Below, one piece after another: positions 38,982 through 48,117 of a stretch of 64,000 nt of DNA (its first letter is position 1; each line of letters begins with the position of its first letter). The DNA comes from Candidatus Woesearchaeota archaeon (GTDB taxonomy: Archaea; Nanobdellota; Nanobdellia; Woesearchaeales; GCA-2686295). The notes under the pieces are model-generated. The model did not search any database. It saw only the letters and a list, made by a program, of their open reading frames with translations, and was not told where the DNA came from. The DNA is taken from positions 59,876 through 123,875 of the forward strand of contig JABMPT010000010.1 in NCBI GenBank assembly GCA_013202845.1. Direction: 5' to 3'. The position numbers and the translations under genes are program-made.

Positions 38982-40466
38982 TTATCTTCTGAAATTCCCT
39001 CTAGGGCCTTTTCTTCTATTGTCATATCTTCTTTTTGGACCATGAAATTTTCTTGGACCACTGTCATTTCTTTTTGGACTATCTGATCTCTTTGAACCGT
39101 CATCTCTTTTAGGACCATCATCAGTTCTTCTAGAACTATCATGTCTTTTTGGAGAATCTGTTCTTCTTTGACCATCATGTCTTCTTGGAGCATCTGATCT
39201 TCTTTGATTGTCATGTCTTCTTGGACCTTCATTATCTCTTCTAGGTCCCGATCCTCTTGGACGACCATCCCTTCTAGGGGCTGATCTTCTCCAAGTATTA
39301 GGTCTTCCTCGATTATTACTTCTTCCTCTGCTTTCCACTCTAACAGTTGTGGCTTGTTCCACGCGAGGAGTGTCCAAGTTTTCAATTTCAAAGTTTCTGT
39401 AATCCCTCTGAATTCTACCAAAATTATCATGATCTAAATCACATAAGATGTTGATAACCTTGCCTGATTCACCAGCTCTGGCAGTCCGGCCTATCCTGTG
39501 AACATAATCCTTCGAATCTTTTGGAATCTCATAATTGTATACATGAGAAACATTCTCTATATGAAGACCTCTTGCTGCAACATCTGTGCAAACCAAGACT
39601 TCTGCTTTCGCATCATTGAAAGACTTTAAAGTGCTTGTTCGCTTGTTCTGCGACAAACCTCCATGAATAGCAATTGCATTAACCTTGTTGGTTCTCAAAT
39701 TTTTAACAACAAAATCAGTTGTTCTTCTTGTATTGCAAAATACTAAAACCAAATCTGTGTCTTCTTCTCGAAGCAGATGCACAAGCACTGATATCTTCAT
39801 GTTTTTTGACACGTCGTAATATACTTGTTTTAGCTTGCTCGGATCAACATATTTATTGGTTAAGACTTCAATCGGATTATTCAAGTATCTATCAGCCAAT
39901 CTCTTAATCTCATATGAGATAGTGGCTGAGAAAAACATTGTCTGTCTTTGCTTCGGACATACACGAATGATTTTTTCAACATCATCTATGAATCCCATGT
40001 CAAGCATACGATCTGCTTCGTCCAGAACCAATATTTTAACTCTGGACAAATCAATGGTTCTCCTGTTAAGGTGATCCAATAATCTTCCTGGCGTCGCCAC
40101 AACTACTTCTGCATTTGTCAAATCATGAATCTGCGGGTTGATTGAAACACCACCGTAAACACTCATAATCCTAAGATGCTTGCCATGTGAAAGCTGTTTT
40201 ATGGACTCTTTTACCTGTTCAGCTAGTTCTCTTGTCGGAGAAAGCACTAAAGCCTGTACACCTTTTCCCGGTACAACTTTATCTACAATTCCGCTTCCAA
40301 AAGCAAGTGTTTTTCCAGAACCAGTTTCTGATTCTCCTATCACATCCCTACCTTTCATTATATGAGGAATTGATCTCTCTTGTATCTGTGTTGGTTTTGT
40401 AAAACCTAATCTCTCTATGACTTCAAATAGTTCCCTACTTAAGCCTAAATTTTCAAATAAATTCAT
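38982..40466 (-). CDS. DEAD-box ATP-dependent RNA helicase with an Arg/Asp-rich repetitive C-terminal tail
   Basis: Q-motif TKPTQIQ. Motifs GSGKT (I), VLDEADRMLDMGF (II), SAT (III), HRIGRTARAG (VI). Tail of repeated P[RK]R[HND]D..RR.D units. Confidence 0.9.
   Translation of the reverse strand: MNLFENLGLSRELFEVIERLGFTKPTQIQERSIPHIMKGRDVIGESETGSGKTLAFGSGIVDKVVPGKGVQALVLSPTRELAEQVKESIKQLSHGKHLRIMSVYGGVSINPQIHDLTNAEVVVATPGRLLDHLNRRTIDLSRVKILVLDEADRMLDMGFIDDVEKIIRVCPKQRQTMFFSATISYEIKRLADRYLNNPIEVLTNKYVDPSKLKQVYYDVSKNMKISVLVHLLREEDTDLVLVFCNTRRTTDFVVKNLRTNKVNAIAIHGGLSQNKRTSTLKSFNDAKAEVLVCTDVAARGLHIENVSHVYNYEIPKDSKDYVHRIGRTARAGESGKVINILCDLDHDNFGRIQRDYRNFEIENLDTPRVEQATTVRVESRGRSNNRGRPNTWRRSAPRRDGRPRGSGPRRDNEGPRRHDNQRRSDAPRRHDGQRRTDSPKRHDSSRRTDDGPKRDDGSKRSDSPKRNDSGPRKFHGPKRRYDNRRKGPRGNFRR
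38990..39330. repeat. Imperfect tandem coding repeats, period about 36 nt, about 7 units
   Basis: Repeated tcttcttggaccatc/tctttttggac... units. They encode PRRHDNQRRSDA/PRRHDGQRRTDS/PKRHDSSRRTDD... in the helicase tail. Confidence 0.7.
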
Positions 40467-40582
40467 TCTAATTTACCTCTAGTTATTATATAGCACTTCT
40501 TCAGAAAAAGCGAAATGTTAAATGTTATTAAGCAAGTGCTCTCTCGTCGCTAGTCATGCTCTGTAAAAAAGAAAAAGTTAGA

Positions 40583-40606
40583 GGTAGTATATAAAGGTTT
40601 GGGAAA
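40583..40606 (+). promoter_or_regulatory. Putative TATA element with the recurring tataaaggtttggga motif
   Basis: gtatataaaggtttgggaaac. Similar elements occur at 48921..48940 and 52596..52616. Confidence 0.3.
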
Positions 40607-40673
40607 CAAGTTTATTTCTTAAAAAAACAATACCAAGCTAAAGCCATATAAATATTAGAAGTTTCCTTTCTGT

Positions 40674-41534
40674 ATGCTTGACCCAACACCGTCTATTCAG
40701 GAGTTACATCTTACTTTTGTTCTGTGGAAAAAGTTACTAGGGGAAAACAGCGGAAATTTTGATCACTATAACGATCAACTTGAAGAGTATGAAGATACAT
40801 TTTCTGAAGGAATTAATACACAGGTACAATTAGGTAGAATTCACGATGTAAGAACAGTTGGAGATTGCAAGACTTATGGAGATTCTTTCTTTCATAAACA
40901 TGAAGGTATTACTTATATCCGCGCTGGTTTGCCTTATCCAGATGAAGAAATGGATCCATATGAAGACTTGTTTAATGAATATTCACAAAAATTAAGAGTG
41001 ATGATCCTTGTGGATGGCGTTAATCCAACAGAACTTGTGAATAATCAATTACTAACAGCAAATAAACTAAGTCAAGCAACTCACACATTAATTAATGATA
41101 ATAATCCACAACAAGCTTTAGTTCAGTATAGAAAATTATCTCATTTAAGTGAACAACCCAGGAGCTTAAGTATTGAAAGAATTCTAAATGATAATTTTGC
41201 ACTCGAACAAGTTACTGGCTTAACAATCACACAAAAAGCAAGTGAAGACTCAAGCTATTATAGTAGGTTCCTAAAGAGATTTGACTTGAAATGGGTAGAT
41301 TTTATGGATGAAAACCAAGAAAAATATTTTAGAGTTTCAGAAATGCTCTGCGACGTGAATTATGACTCTAATTCTTGGAAACACAGTTATGATATGATCA
41401 GAAAAGAAATCACCTCTAAAGAAGATATAAATAACCCTCTTGTAGCAGCGTGCTTAATGCAAAACATAGTAAATGAAAGAAAAGCAATTTACACGAAAGA
41501 TGTAATTGCACTTCTAAACTCTACAGATTCTTAG
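40674..41534 (+). CDS. Hypothetical protein
   Basis: 286-aa ORF with a TATA-like element upstream (catataaatatt). Confidence 0.4.
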   Translation: MLDPTPSIQELHLTFVLWKKLLGENSGNFDHYNDQLEEYEDTFSEGINTQVQLGRIHDVRTVGDCKTYGDSFFHKHEGITYIRAGLPYPDEEMDPYEDLFNEYSQKLRVMILVDGVNPTELVNNQLLTANKLSQATHTLINDNNPQQALVQYRKLSHLSEQPRSLSIERILNDNFALEQVTGLTITQKASEDSSYYSRFLKRFDLKWVDFMDENQEKYFRVSEMLCDVNYDSNSWKHSYDMIRKEITSKEDINNPLVAACLMQNIVNERKAIYTKDVIALLNSTDS

Positions 41535-41542
41535 AATAAATA

Positions 41543-41612
41543 TCCCCCCGCCCGTGCTTGAAAGCGTTTGTCGTCGAGAAGATATTTTGATGAAATATTT
41601 TATGTACTAAAA
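41543..41612. repeat. Left repeat block of the tRNA-Tyr-associated cassette: tccccccgccc 11-mer, tcgtcgagaaga, atgtactaaaa
   Basis: Exact copies of all three segments recur at 42718..42768. The 11-mer equals the 3' acceptor end of the tRNA-Tyr gene. Confidence 0.75.
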
Positions 41613-41643
41613 GGTTCACACCCGCAGAAATCGAATACATAAA

Positions 41644-42624
41644 TTATTCAATACATTTTTTTATTAAATATTCAAAACATGTTTTAGTTGTGTCAAACAA
41701 TAAAACTCCTTCTGAAATATTGAAATGTTCTCTTTTATGAGACACACGATCAGAAGAAGTAGACCATAATGAAATAATTGTTGATTGAAAAAAGCCGAAT
41801 ATTTTTTCATCTATCAAGTGATTGTCTTTTAAATAAGATAGATTGGATTTAATTTTAGATTGAACTTCTACCTTGTCACATTTTCTTTTTGTAACTTCAT
41901 ATATAAATATTTCAACAGCAGACCTTAACTCATCCAAAGAATCCTTTACTTTTCCTTGTTTTAACTTAGTAAATCCCTCATTCAATATAGTATCTACTTT
42001 TTCAAATTCATACTCTTTTAGAAGATAGCTAATAGAACTTTCAAATTGTTCTTTAGTATAATCAACTAAAACATCAGGACTCTTAACTACAGAAGTATTT
42101 AAGGCTTTCATAAATTGAATTATGAATTCTTTATTTGTCTCTATTATTGAAGTATATTCAAACTCATCTATTGGTTTTTCAGAAATTTTTGCTGCTTTTT
42201 GATTCAATCTAAAGAAAAGAACTGGCTTAGTTCTTATCGTGATCATAATTCCAGGTTTGTCTTCATACTTGGAAAGAGATAAAAGAACATTTATTTCCCA
42301 AGGCCAATCAACTCTTGTTGATTTGAGTTTCTTAAAATACTCTGAATGAAATAGTTCATCTCTCTTAAGAAATCCATAGTCTAATTTGATATTTTGAAAT
42401 TTAGTTAGTTTAGGAAAAGATACATTGTGTATAAAAGTCATTGATAAGAATTTATCATGATATTCATCCGGAAGCAAAAAAGGAACAGCTCTAGTTTCAT
42501 TCACATAAGATAAATTAGAGAAATACTTGTCGATATTTCTTTTCAGACCCAATACCTCTTTTTCACTTACTTTCTCTAAACCTATAAAACAATCTCCTTC
42601 TATTATAAGATTTTGTGCTTTCAT
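41644..42624 (-). CDS. Hypothetical protein, cargo of the repeat-flanked cassette beside tRNA-Tyr
   Basis: 326-aa ORF, no recognised family. Bracketed by the repeat blocks. Confidence 0.45.
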   Translation of the reverse strand: MKAQNLIIEGDCFIGLEKVSEKEVLGLKRNIDKYFSNLSYVNETRAVPFLLPDEYHDKFLSMTFIHNVSFPKLTKFQNIKLDYGFLKRDELFHSEYFKKLKSTRVDWPWEINVLLSLSKYEDKPGIMITIRTKPVLFFRLNQKAAKISEKPIDEFEYTSIIETNKEFIIQFMKALNTSVVKSPDVLVDYTKEQFESSISYLLKEYEFEKVDTILNEGFTKLKQGKVKDSLDELRSAVEIFIYEVTKRKCDKVEVQSKIKSNLSYLKDNHLIDEKIFGFFQSTIISLWSTSSDRVSHKREHFNISEGVLLFDTTKTCFEYLIKKCIE

Positions 42625-42717
42625 TTCTATAGAGTAATAAAACTCTTCTTTTAAATATTTCCCAGAAACATGTACTAAATGGTTCAGTTCTGTACCGCAG
42701 AACGTTTTTTTAGTTTC

Positions 42718-42768
42718 TCGTCGAGAAGAATTGGGGGATATGTACTAAAATATAGAGTCCCCCCGCCC
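42718..42768. repeat. Right repeat block: tcgtcgagaaga, atgtactaaaa, and tccccccgccc (the tRNA-Tyr 3' end)
   Basis: Direct repeats of 41543..41612. Confidence 0.75.
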
Positions 42769-42948
42769 AGACTTTCATAACGGTCTCGCATGCTTGAGCA
42801 AAGCGAAACATGCCTCGTCGTCAATGGCCGAAACCGTTGTTTTGAACCGGGGACCTTTCGGTCTCGACTGGCTATATTTCATCCATACCCTATGGGTTAG
42901 TCATATAGCATCTACAGCCGAACGCTCTAGCCGCTGAGCTACGGGGGG
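42758..42948 (-). tRNA. tRNA-Tyr (anticodon GTA) with two introns: canonical after position 37/38 (about 49 nt), and one in the T-loop (about 69 nt)
   Basis: Acceptor CCCCCCG/CGGGGGG+A. D arm GCTC-AGCGGCTA-GAGC. Anticodon stem TTCGG/CCGAA with loop CTGTAGA. T-stem CCCGG/CTGGG with T-loop TTCAAAA interrupted by the second insert. Confidence 0.5.
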
Positions 42949-43043
42949 GTGTGTGTAAAAAAATAGAAGTTGTTTATAAAAGTTACTAAAACATTTTTGT
43001 TTTATAACTTCAAAAACTCAAGTTTTTGTAATTTACTATGAAA

Positions 43044-43625
43044 TTATTCTTCTAGATAGTTTAGATGAAACAGTGATTCTCTCGACACACGACTTAGCGT
43101 GTCTTGACATCTAATTGGCTTTTTTCTCCAGCTTTTTATAAGAACCATTTCTCTTTTCCTTATTCCAAGTTCATTCTCTGAAAACTTCTTTGCATCTATA
43201 GGAATAACAGTTTTTTTCATATTCTTCTCATAGGTTTCATCATCAGGTATTTCCATGTCAACTATCTTTCTGTCATCAAGTTTTGTCGTCGTCAAAAATT
43301 CATGATTTGCAATCTCTGTGTCCTGCACTTCTAAAGGATACTTTTCATTTAACGCAGCAAAGAAATCAAATGTTTGCTCTATGACTTTAGGCGGACTTAT
43401 AACTGAGAATCTTACATTGAAAGAATCAACTTTGTCTTCACTAGAAGGATAAACATGAGCTTCAGTTACACCTTTCCTTGATTTTAATTCATAAAAGCTT
43501 TGATTATAATTTTCATCACGGCTTCCAACAACTTTAAAGCCATATTTCTTAAGAAAATCATCTAACTCAGAATAATCAACTTTTTTCTTAAAACGAACTC
43601 TGAACAGATATGCCTCGATCCCCAC
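43044..43625 (-). CDS. Hypothetical protein
   Basis: 193-aa ORF, no motif. Confidence 0.35.
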   Translation of the reverse strand: MGIEAYLFRVRFKKKVDYSELDDFLKKYGFKVVGSRDENYNQSFYELKSRKGVTEAHVYPSSEDKVDSFNVRFSVISPPKVIEQTFDFFAALNEKYPLEVQDTEIANHEFLTTTKLDDRKIVDMEIPDDETYEKNMKKTVIPIDAKKFSENELGIRKREMVLIKSWRKKPIRCQDTLSRVSRESLFHLNYLEE

Positions 43626-43764
43626 AATATATACATTGGTTTCATCATTTATAAAAGTTGCTATGAATGACTTTGAAGAATGAACAAAAGGTTTAAAAGT
43701 AAATATAAATTCTCGAATTTCAAAGGGGTGAACAAATCACTCCAAGATTTCTTGGAGACTCAGC

Positions 43765-45045
43765 GTGACTAACATGGAAGGGAACCGAGTCGTTATTACA
43801 GGAATGGGTTGTGTTACACCCATAGGAATTGGGATAGATCAATATAAAACCGCACTTGAAATGGGTGTTTCTGGAGCAGGACCTTTGACAAACGTGGAAG
43901 ACACAGAAGGTCTTAATGTTCTTATAGCATGTGAAGTAGATGGTTTTGATCCAAATGATTATATGAGTTTTAAAACTGCAAAGAGGACTGATCTTAGCAC
44001 TCAATTTAGTCTGGCTGCAATGAAAGAAGCAATAACAGATGCAGGACTGTCTCTTACAGAGGATGGTAATCTAGCTCTTGATGATAATAATCAAAGGGTT
44101 TCAATAATTATGGGCACTGGAATTGGTGGTTTTAAAACAACTCAGGAGCAAACAAGAATTCTGCTTAATAAAGGTCCAAGAAGGGTCAATCCCCTTGCCA
44201 TTCCTAAGCTAATGCCAAACGCAGTAGCCGCTTTGGGTTCTTTAGAATTTTTAATTCATGGAAACGCAAAAACTGTCAATAGTGCGTGCAGTTCAGCAAA
44301 TGATGCTATTGCAGATGCCTATGATAAACTTGTATTGGGAAGAGCTGATGTTACTATCTCCGGAGGATCAGACGCAGGCATATCAAAACTTACTATCGCA
44401 GCATTTGCTAATATGGGTGCACTTACTAAACAATACAATGACAATCCTACAATCGCATCAAGACCTTTTGATATGGATAGAAGCGGATTCGTCATAGGTG
44501 AAGGTTCAGGAGTTGTTGTCATGGAAAGACTTGAGTATGCGCAAGCTAGAGGTGCAAGGATTTACGCAGAGGTCTTGGGTTATGGAGCAACAAGCGATGC
44601 ATTTCATCTTACTGCACCTTCCAAAGATGGGTCTGGAGCTATAAGCGCAATGCAAATGGCGCTGGATATGGCAGGTTTAAGACCTGAACAAGTTGACTAC
44701 ATAAACGCTCATGGAACTTCTACTCCTTTAAATGACAAAATGGAAACAATAGCCATAAGAAAGGTTTTTGGAGCATATGCTGATAATCTCTTTGTGAGCT
44801 CAACCAAATCCATGGTTGGCCACTTGCTTGGAGCAGCTGGCGGAGCTGAACTAATAGCGACTGTTTTAGGTATGCAGCACGATACTGTTTATCCAACCAT
44901 TAATTATACTACACCAGATCCTGAATGTGACTTAAATTATGTGCCAAACAAAGCATTGAATCAAGTGACAAATGTCGCATTATCGAATTCTTTTGGCTTT
45001 GGCGGACATAATGTATGCCTTGCTGTTAAGAAATATGAAGGATGA
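43765..45045 (+). CDS. fabF: 3-oxoacyl-ACP synthase II-like beta-ketoacyl synthase
   Basis: NRVVITGMGCVTPIG N-terminus. Active-site Cys region NSACSSANDAIADA. Catalytic His AHGTSTPLND and GHLLGAAG. Confidence 0.85.
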   Translation: MTNMEGNRVVITGMGCVTPIGIGIDQYKTALEMGVSGAGPLTNVEDTEGLNVLIACEVDGFDPNDYMSFKTAKRTDLSTQFSLAAMKEAITDAGLSLTEDGNLALDDNNQRVSIIMGTGIGGFKTTQEQTRILLNKGPRRVNPLAIPKLMPNAVAALGSLEFLIHGNAKTVNSACSSANDAIADAYDKLVLGRADVTISGGSDAGISKLTIAAFANMGALTKQYNDNPTIASRPFDMDRSGFVIGEGSGVVVMERLEYAQARGARIYAEVLGYGATSDAFHLTAPSKDGSGAISAMQMALDMAGLRPEQVDYINAHGTSTPLNDKMETIAIRKVFGAYADNLFVSSTKSMVGHLLGAAGGAELIATVLGMQHDTVYPTINYTTPDPECDLNYVPNKALNQVTNVALSNSFGFGGHNVCLAVKKYEG

Positions 45046-45047
45046 AT

Positions 45048-46079
45048 TTATCTAGAAAACCTTGCCCTGTATAAGTTAGCTCCATAAGTGAACCCTGCTC
45101 CGAATGCAACATTAACAACAAGACTTCCTTCTTTAATTATCCCTCTTTCTTTTGCTTCTGCTGCAGCTAATGGCACTGATGCTGTAGAAGTGTTGCCGTA
45201 CCTTTCAAGATTGTGAAACACAACTCCTTTTAATCCTTCTTTTTCAAGTCCTTTCTTAGCAGCGTTCACAATTCTTATGTTAGCGCCATGCGGAAGCACT
45301 ACATCAACGTCTTCTAATGAATAACCAGTGCCTTCTAAAACATCCAAGACAGATTGCTTCATCACTCTTGCGGCAAATTTGAGAACTTTTCCTCCATCCA
45401 TAATTAGATAGTTCTTTTTTCTTTTCTCTGTCTGAAACTCTCCATTGTTTTTTGAAACTATTTGAAGCCCTTCTCTTTTCTCCGTGGTTAGATAACCATT
45501 TGGCCAGCCTTTACCTCCCATATCAGGCTCAGAACCCAAAACATTTTTTATCACTCCTTCCTCTTCAGATCTTTGGAGAAGATAAGCACCTGCACCGTCA
45601 CCGAACAATACACATGTATGTCTGTCTGCATAATCTGTGAATTTTGAAATTCTTTCAGCTCCAAGAACTAATAATTTATCAACAACACCCGCTATGATGT
45701 TATTGTATCCTGTTCTTATGGCACCTACCAAGCCAGTGCATGCTAGGATCTGGTCGTACGCAGGAATTCCTTTCCTTGCGCCTATGTCTCCAGCAATAAG
45801 CGCTGCATGAGCCGGGAATGTTCTATTTCCATCATGCACGTTTGTAGCAAGTATTATTTCATCAATTTCTTCTGGACTAAAAGGCACACGACTCATCAAA
45901 TCATACACTGCAAGGGTTCCCATCTCTCTAACTCCTTTGTCTAAAGAAATCCTTCTCTCTCTCATGCCAGTCCTGGAAAATATCCACTCATCACTTGTAT
46001 CTACAAGCTTTTCAAGGTCTGCATTTGTTAGAACAGTTTCAGGAATGTGAACTCCTGGTCCGTATATAGTTACTCCCAT
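45048..46079 (-). CDS. fabH: 3-oxoacyl-ACP synthase III-like (KAS III/FabH family) condensing enzyme
   Basis: Cys-His-Asn triad contexts ILACTGLVGA, LPHGANIRIV, YGNTSTASVPLA. Confidence 0.75.
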   Translation of the reverse strand: MGVTIYGPGVHIPETVLTNADLEKLVDTSDEWIFSRTGMRERRISLDKGVREMGTLAVYDLMSRVPFSPEEIDEIILATNVHDGNRTFPAHAALIAGDIGARKGIPAYDQILACTGLVGAIRTGYNNIIAGVVDKLLVLGAERISKFTDYADRHTCVLFGDGAGAYLLQRSEEEGVIKNVLGSEPDMGGKGWPNGYLTTEKREGLQIVSKNNGEFQTEKRKKNYLIMDGGKVLKFAARVMKQSVLDVLEGTGYSLEDVDVVLPHGANIRIVNAAKKGLEKEGLKGVVFHNLERYGNTSTASVPLAAAEAKERGIIKEGSLVVNVAFGAGFTYGANLYRARFSR

Positions 46080-46138
46080 AAAGTAGAAGGTATTCCAAAG
46101 TTTTTAATAAAGGTTGTTAAAAATTCTTAGAATAAAAA

Positions 46139-46846
46139 TTATCTCAGAACTCCTTGCAGTTCACTAACCATTTCATAGACACTTTCCACTCCAATTATCA
46201 AGTCTTTATTAATTTCTTCTTCAAGAGAAATATCAAGCAATCCATGTTTATATTTGAACAAAGCAGCTGCCGCTCCTCCATATTCAGCCATGCAGATAAC
46301 ATGCTTACCTGCATCAAGTACATGACAAGCTTCATCAATTGTTCCTTCACCTCCGTTGATAGCAACTACAACATCTGCTATTTCCGAAACATAAGCTCTT
46401 CTTTCTGCCATATCATTGCCGACTCTAACAATGTCTAGCTTTCCATTTCTAGAACCAACTGCAAGATCAAAATATTTTTTAGGAGGCATATATTTGCCTT
46501 CAGCGTCCTCTCCTCCTCCATGGTCATTATAAGTTTTGGTCCCATGTTCAGGTATTAACACAAAGAAATTATCGTCTAAAACCTTGTCACCTTTTCCTGC
46601 CGTTTCAAAACAAAATCTTAGTACGCCAATATATGTATCTATTCCAACTCCTGAAACTCCCCCTGTGAATATTGAGCCACCTTTTTTCCCAATAAATTCT
46701 CTTAGCATATGACCGACTTCAATACCTATTCTTTCGTCATATTTGTCGTCTGGAGAAGAAGCTCCTATCACACCTATGACTGGAATGCCTTTTTCTTTCC
46801 TTATATTTTCAGCAAGAGTTTCATCCATGTTAAGACTTGGAAACAA
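46139..46846 (-). CDS. LOG-family (TIGR00725-like) Rossmann-fold protein
   Basis: GGVSGVGID (GGxxGxMG-like) and NGGEGTIDE (PGGxGTxxE). Confidence 0.6.
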   Translation of the reverse strand: MFPSLNMDETLAENIRKEKGIPVIGVIGASSPDDKYDERIGIEVGHMLREFIGKKGGSIFTGGVSGVGIDTYIGVLRFCFETAGKGDKVLDDNFFVLIPEHGTKTYNDHGGGEDAEGKYMPPKKYFDLAVGSRNGKLDIVRVGNDMAERRAYVSEIADVVVAINGGEGTIDEACHVLDAGKHVICMAEYGGAAAALFKYKHGLLDISLEEEINKDLIIGVESVYEMVSELQGVLR

Positions 46847-46864
46847 GAAGAAATTTAAAAATCT

Positions 46865-47062
46865 TTAGCTGTGTTCAAAAATAAACAGCTCATCAATAGT
46901 TGTCTTCAATGCTTTCGCCACATCATGAGCTAATTGGAGGGAAGGGTTGTATTTCCCTTTCTCCAGAAAAACAATTGTCTCTCTTCTGACTCCTACTTTT
47001 TTTGCCAGGTCTTCCTGGGTAAGATCATGCCTTGCTCTTAGCTCTTTAATGCGTGTTTTCAT
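46865..47062 (-). CDS. XRE-family helix-turn-helix transcriptional regulator
   Basis: [29 protein letters not shown] Cro/C1-type HTH. Confidence 0.85.
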   Translation of the reverse strand: MKTRIKELRARHDLTQEDLAKKVGVRRETIVFLEKGKYNPSLQLAHDVAKALKTTIDELFIFEHS

Positions 47063-47063
47063 T

Positions 47064-47489
47064 CTATATCTCCTTCTTGTTGTAATATGCCCAAAAACCT
47101 ACAAATAAAATGGCCATCCCTGCTACTGCAAGACTTGTTGCTTGTGAAATATCTCTAAACTTTATTATGTCATCAGATAAAAATCCAATTGCTAATAATA
47201 GATAAAGTGTGACATAAAATGCTAAAGAACTTGCCTTTTCAATCACTTTTCTACTTCTCTCGTCCTTCAAAGGATATCCTTCTTTCATATCCCTATTTCC
47301 TCTTCTAAAAACAAAGATAGCAAATACAAGTATTATAATTGCAATGATACCTCCTCCAATTCCTCCTGCAATATTTCCTTTTGTAAAAGACTTTAGTGAG
47401 AATAAAATTCCAGTTACAATTACAAATAAGCTCACAATAATTAATGCAATCATTCTGATTTTTTCCTTACCTTCTATTTTTGTTTTCAT
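47064..47489 (-). CDS. Small membrane protein partnered with the XRE regulator
   Basis: Three or four TM helices. Immediately upstream of, and co-oriented with, the HTH gene. Confidence 0.5.
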   Translation of the reverse strand: MKTKIEGKEKIRMIALIIVSLFVIVTGILFSLKSFTKGNIAGGIGGGIIAIIILVFAIFVFRRGNRDMKEGYPLKDERSRKVIEKASSLAFYVTLYLLLAIGFLSDDIIKFRDISQATSLAVAGMAILFVGFWAYYNKKEI

Positions 47490-47509
47490 TTTTTACCTCC
47501 TGAATTTAG

Positions 47510-47671
47510 TTATTTTTTTGAACTAACAGCGATTGTAACTATTCCAATGATTAATGTGACAATTCCATAGTTCACATATCCTTTAACCATTAGGTATGCT
47601 GCTATTATACATATTCCAATTCCTGCTCCTAACATAAATCTTGACAATATTTGTTCAGGTTTTTGTTCCAT
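47510..47671 (-). CDS. Candidate 53-aa two-TM membrane peptide; not in the ORF track
   Basis: MEQKPEQILSRFMLGAGIGICIIAAYLMVKGYVNYGIVTLIIGIVTIAVSSKK. Co-oriented with the two genes downstream of it. Confidence 0.3.
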   Translation of the reverse strand: MEQKPEQILSRFMLGAGIGICIIAAYLMVKGYVNYGIVTLIIGIVTIAVSSKK

Positions 47672-47847
47672 TTTTCATCACCTTTTGTTAGTTATTTTTA
47701 ACATTTTGTTAGGTATTTTTAACCTTATGTTAGATATATATAACAATTACTATATAAATGTTTCGGTTATATCAAAAACAATTTGCAATAAATTTAAATA
47801 AAGAAAAATCAAAAGAACATAAGAATCAAAACTAATAAGGTGAAACT

Positions 47848-48117
47848 ATGAGTGAAAGAGTTGAAGCATTGATGAGAATTGTAGTCTCTATAATCTCAGG
47901 AATAATACTTGGATTATGGAAAGCGTTGATACAGATAATTGCGTTAATCCATTGGATAATTGCAATAATCACAGGTAAGAGAATGAGAGATCTTGCTAAT
48001 TTCTGTGAGATATGGAATTCTCAAGTATATATTTACCTAAGATACTTAACATTTGTATCAAATAAAAGACCATTCCCATTCTCATCTTTAGAAAAGAACA
48101 TATCAGAATTTGAATAG
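47848..48117 (+). CDS. Small hydrophobic hypothetical protein
   Basis: 89-aa ORF with 2 TM helices. Confidence 0.3.
   Translation: MSERVEALMRIVVSIISGIILGLWKALIQIIALIHWIIAIITGKRMRDLANFCEIWNSQVYIYLRYLTFVSNKRPFPFSSLEKNISEFE

Noticed and set aside
38990-39330. Possible CRISPR array or satellite
   Set aside because: The repeats are imperfect, about 36 nt, contiguous without unique spacers, and in-frame coding for the helicase tail. No cas genes nearby.
38837-39430. 197-aa ORF on the minus strand (EDQMLQEDMMVKEEQ...)
   Set aside because: It is the alternative reading frame through the helicase's tandem repeat. Repeats keep several frames open, and its composition mirrors the repeat.
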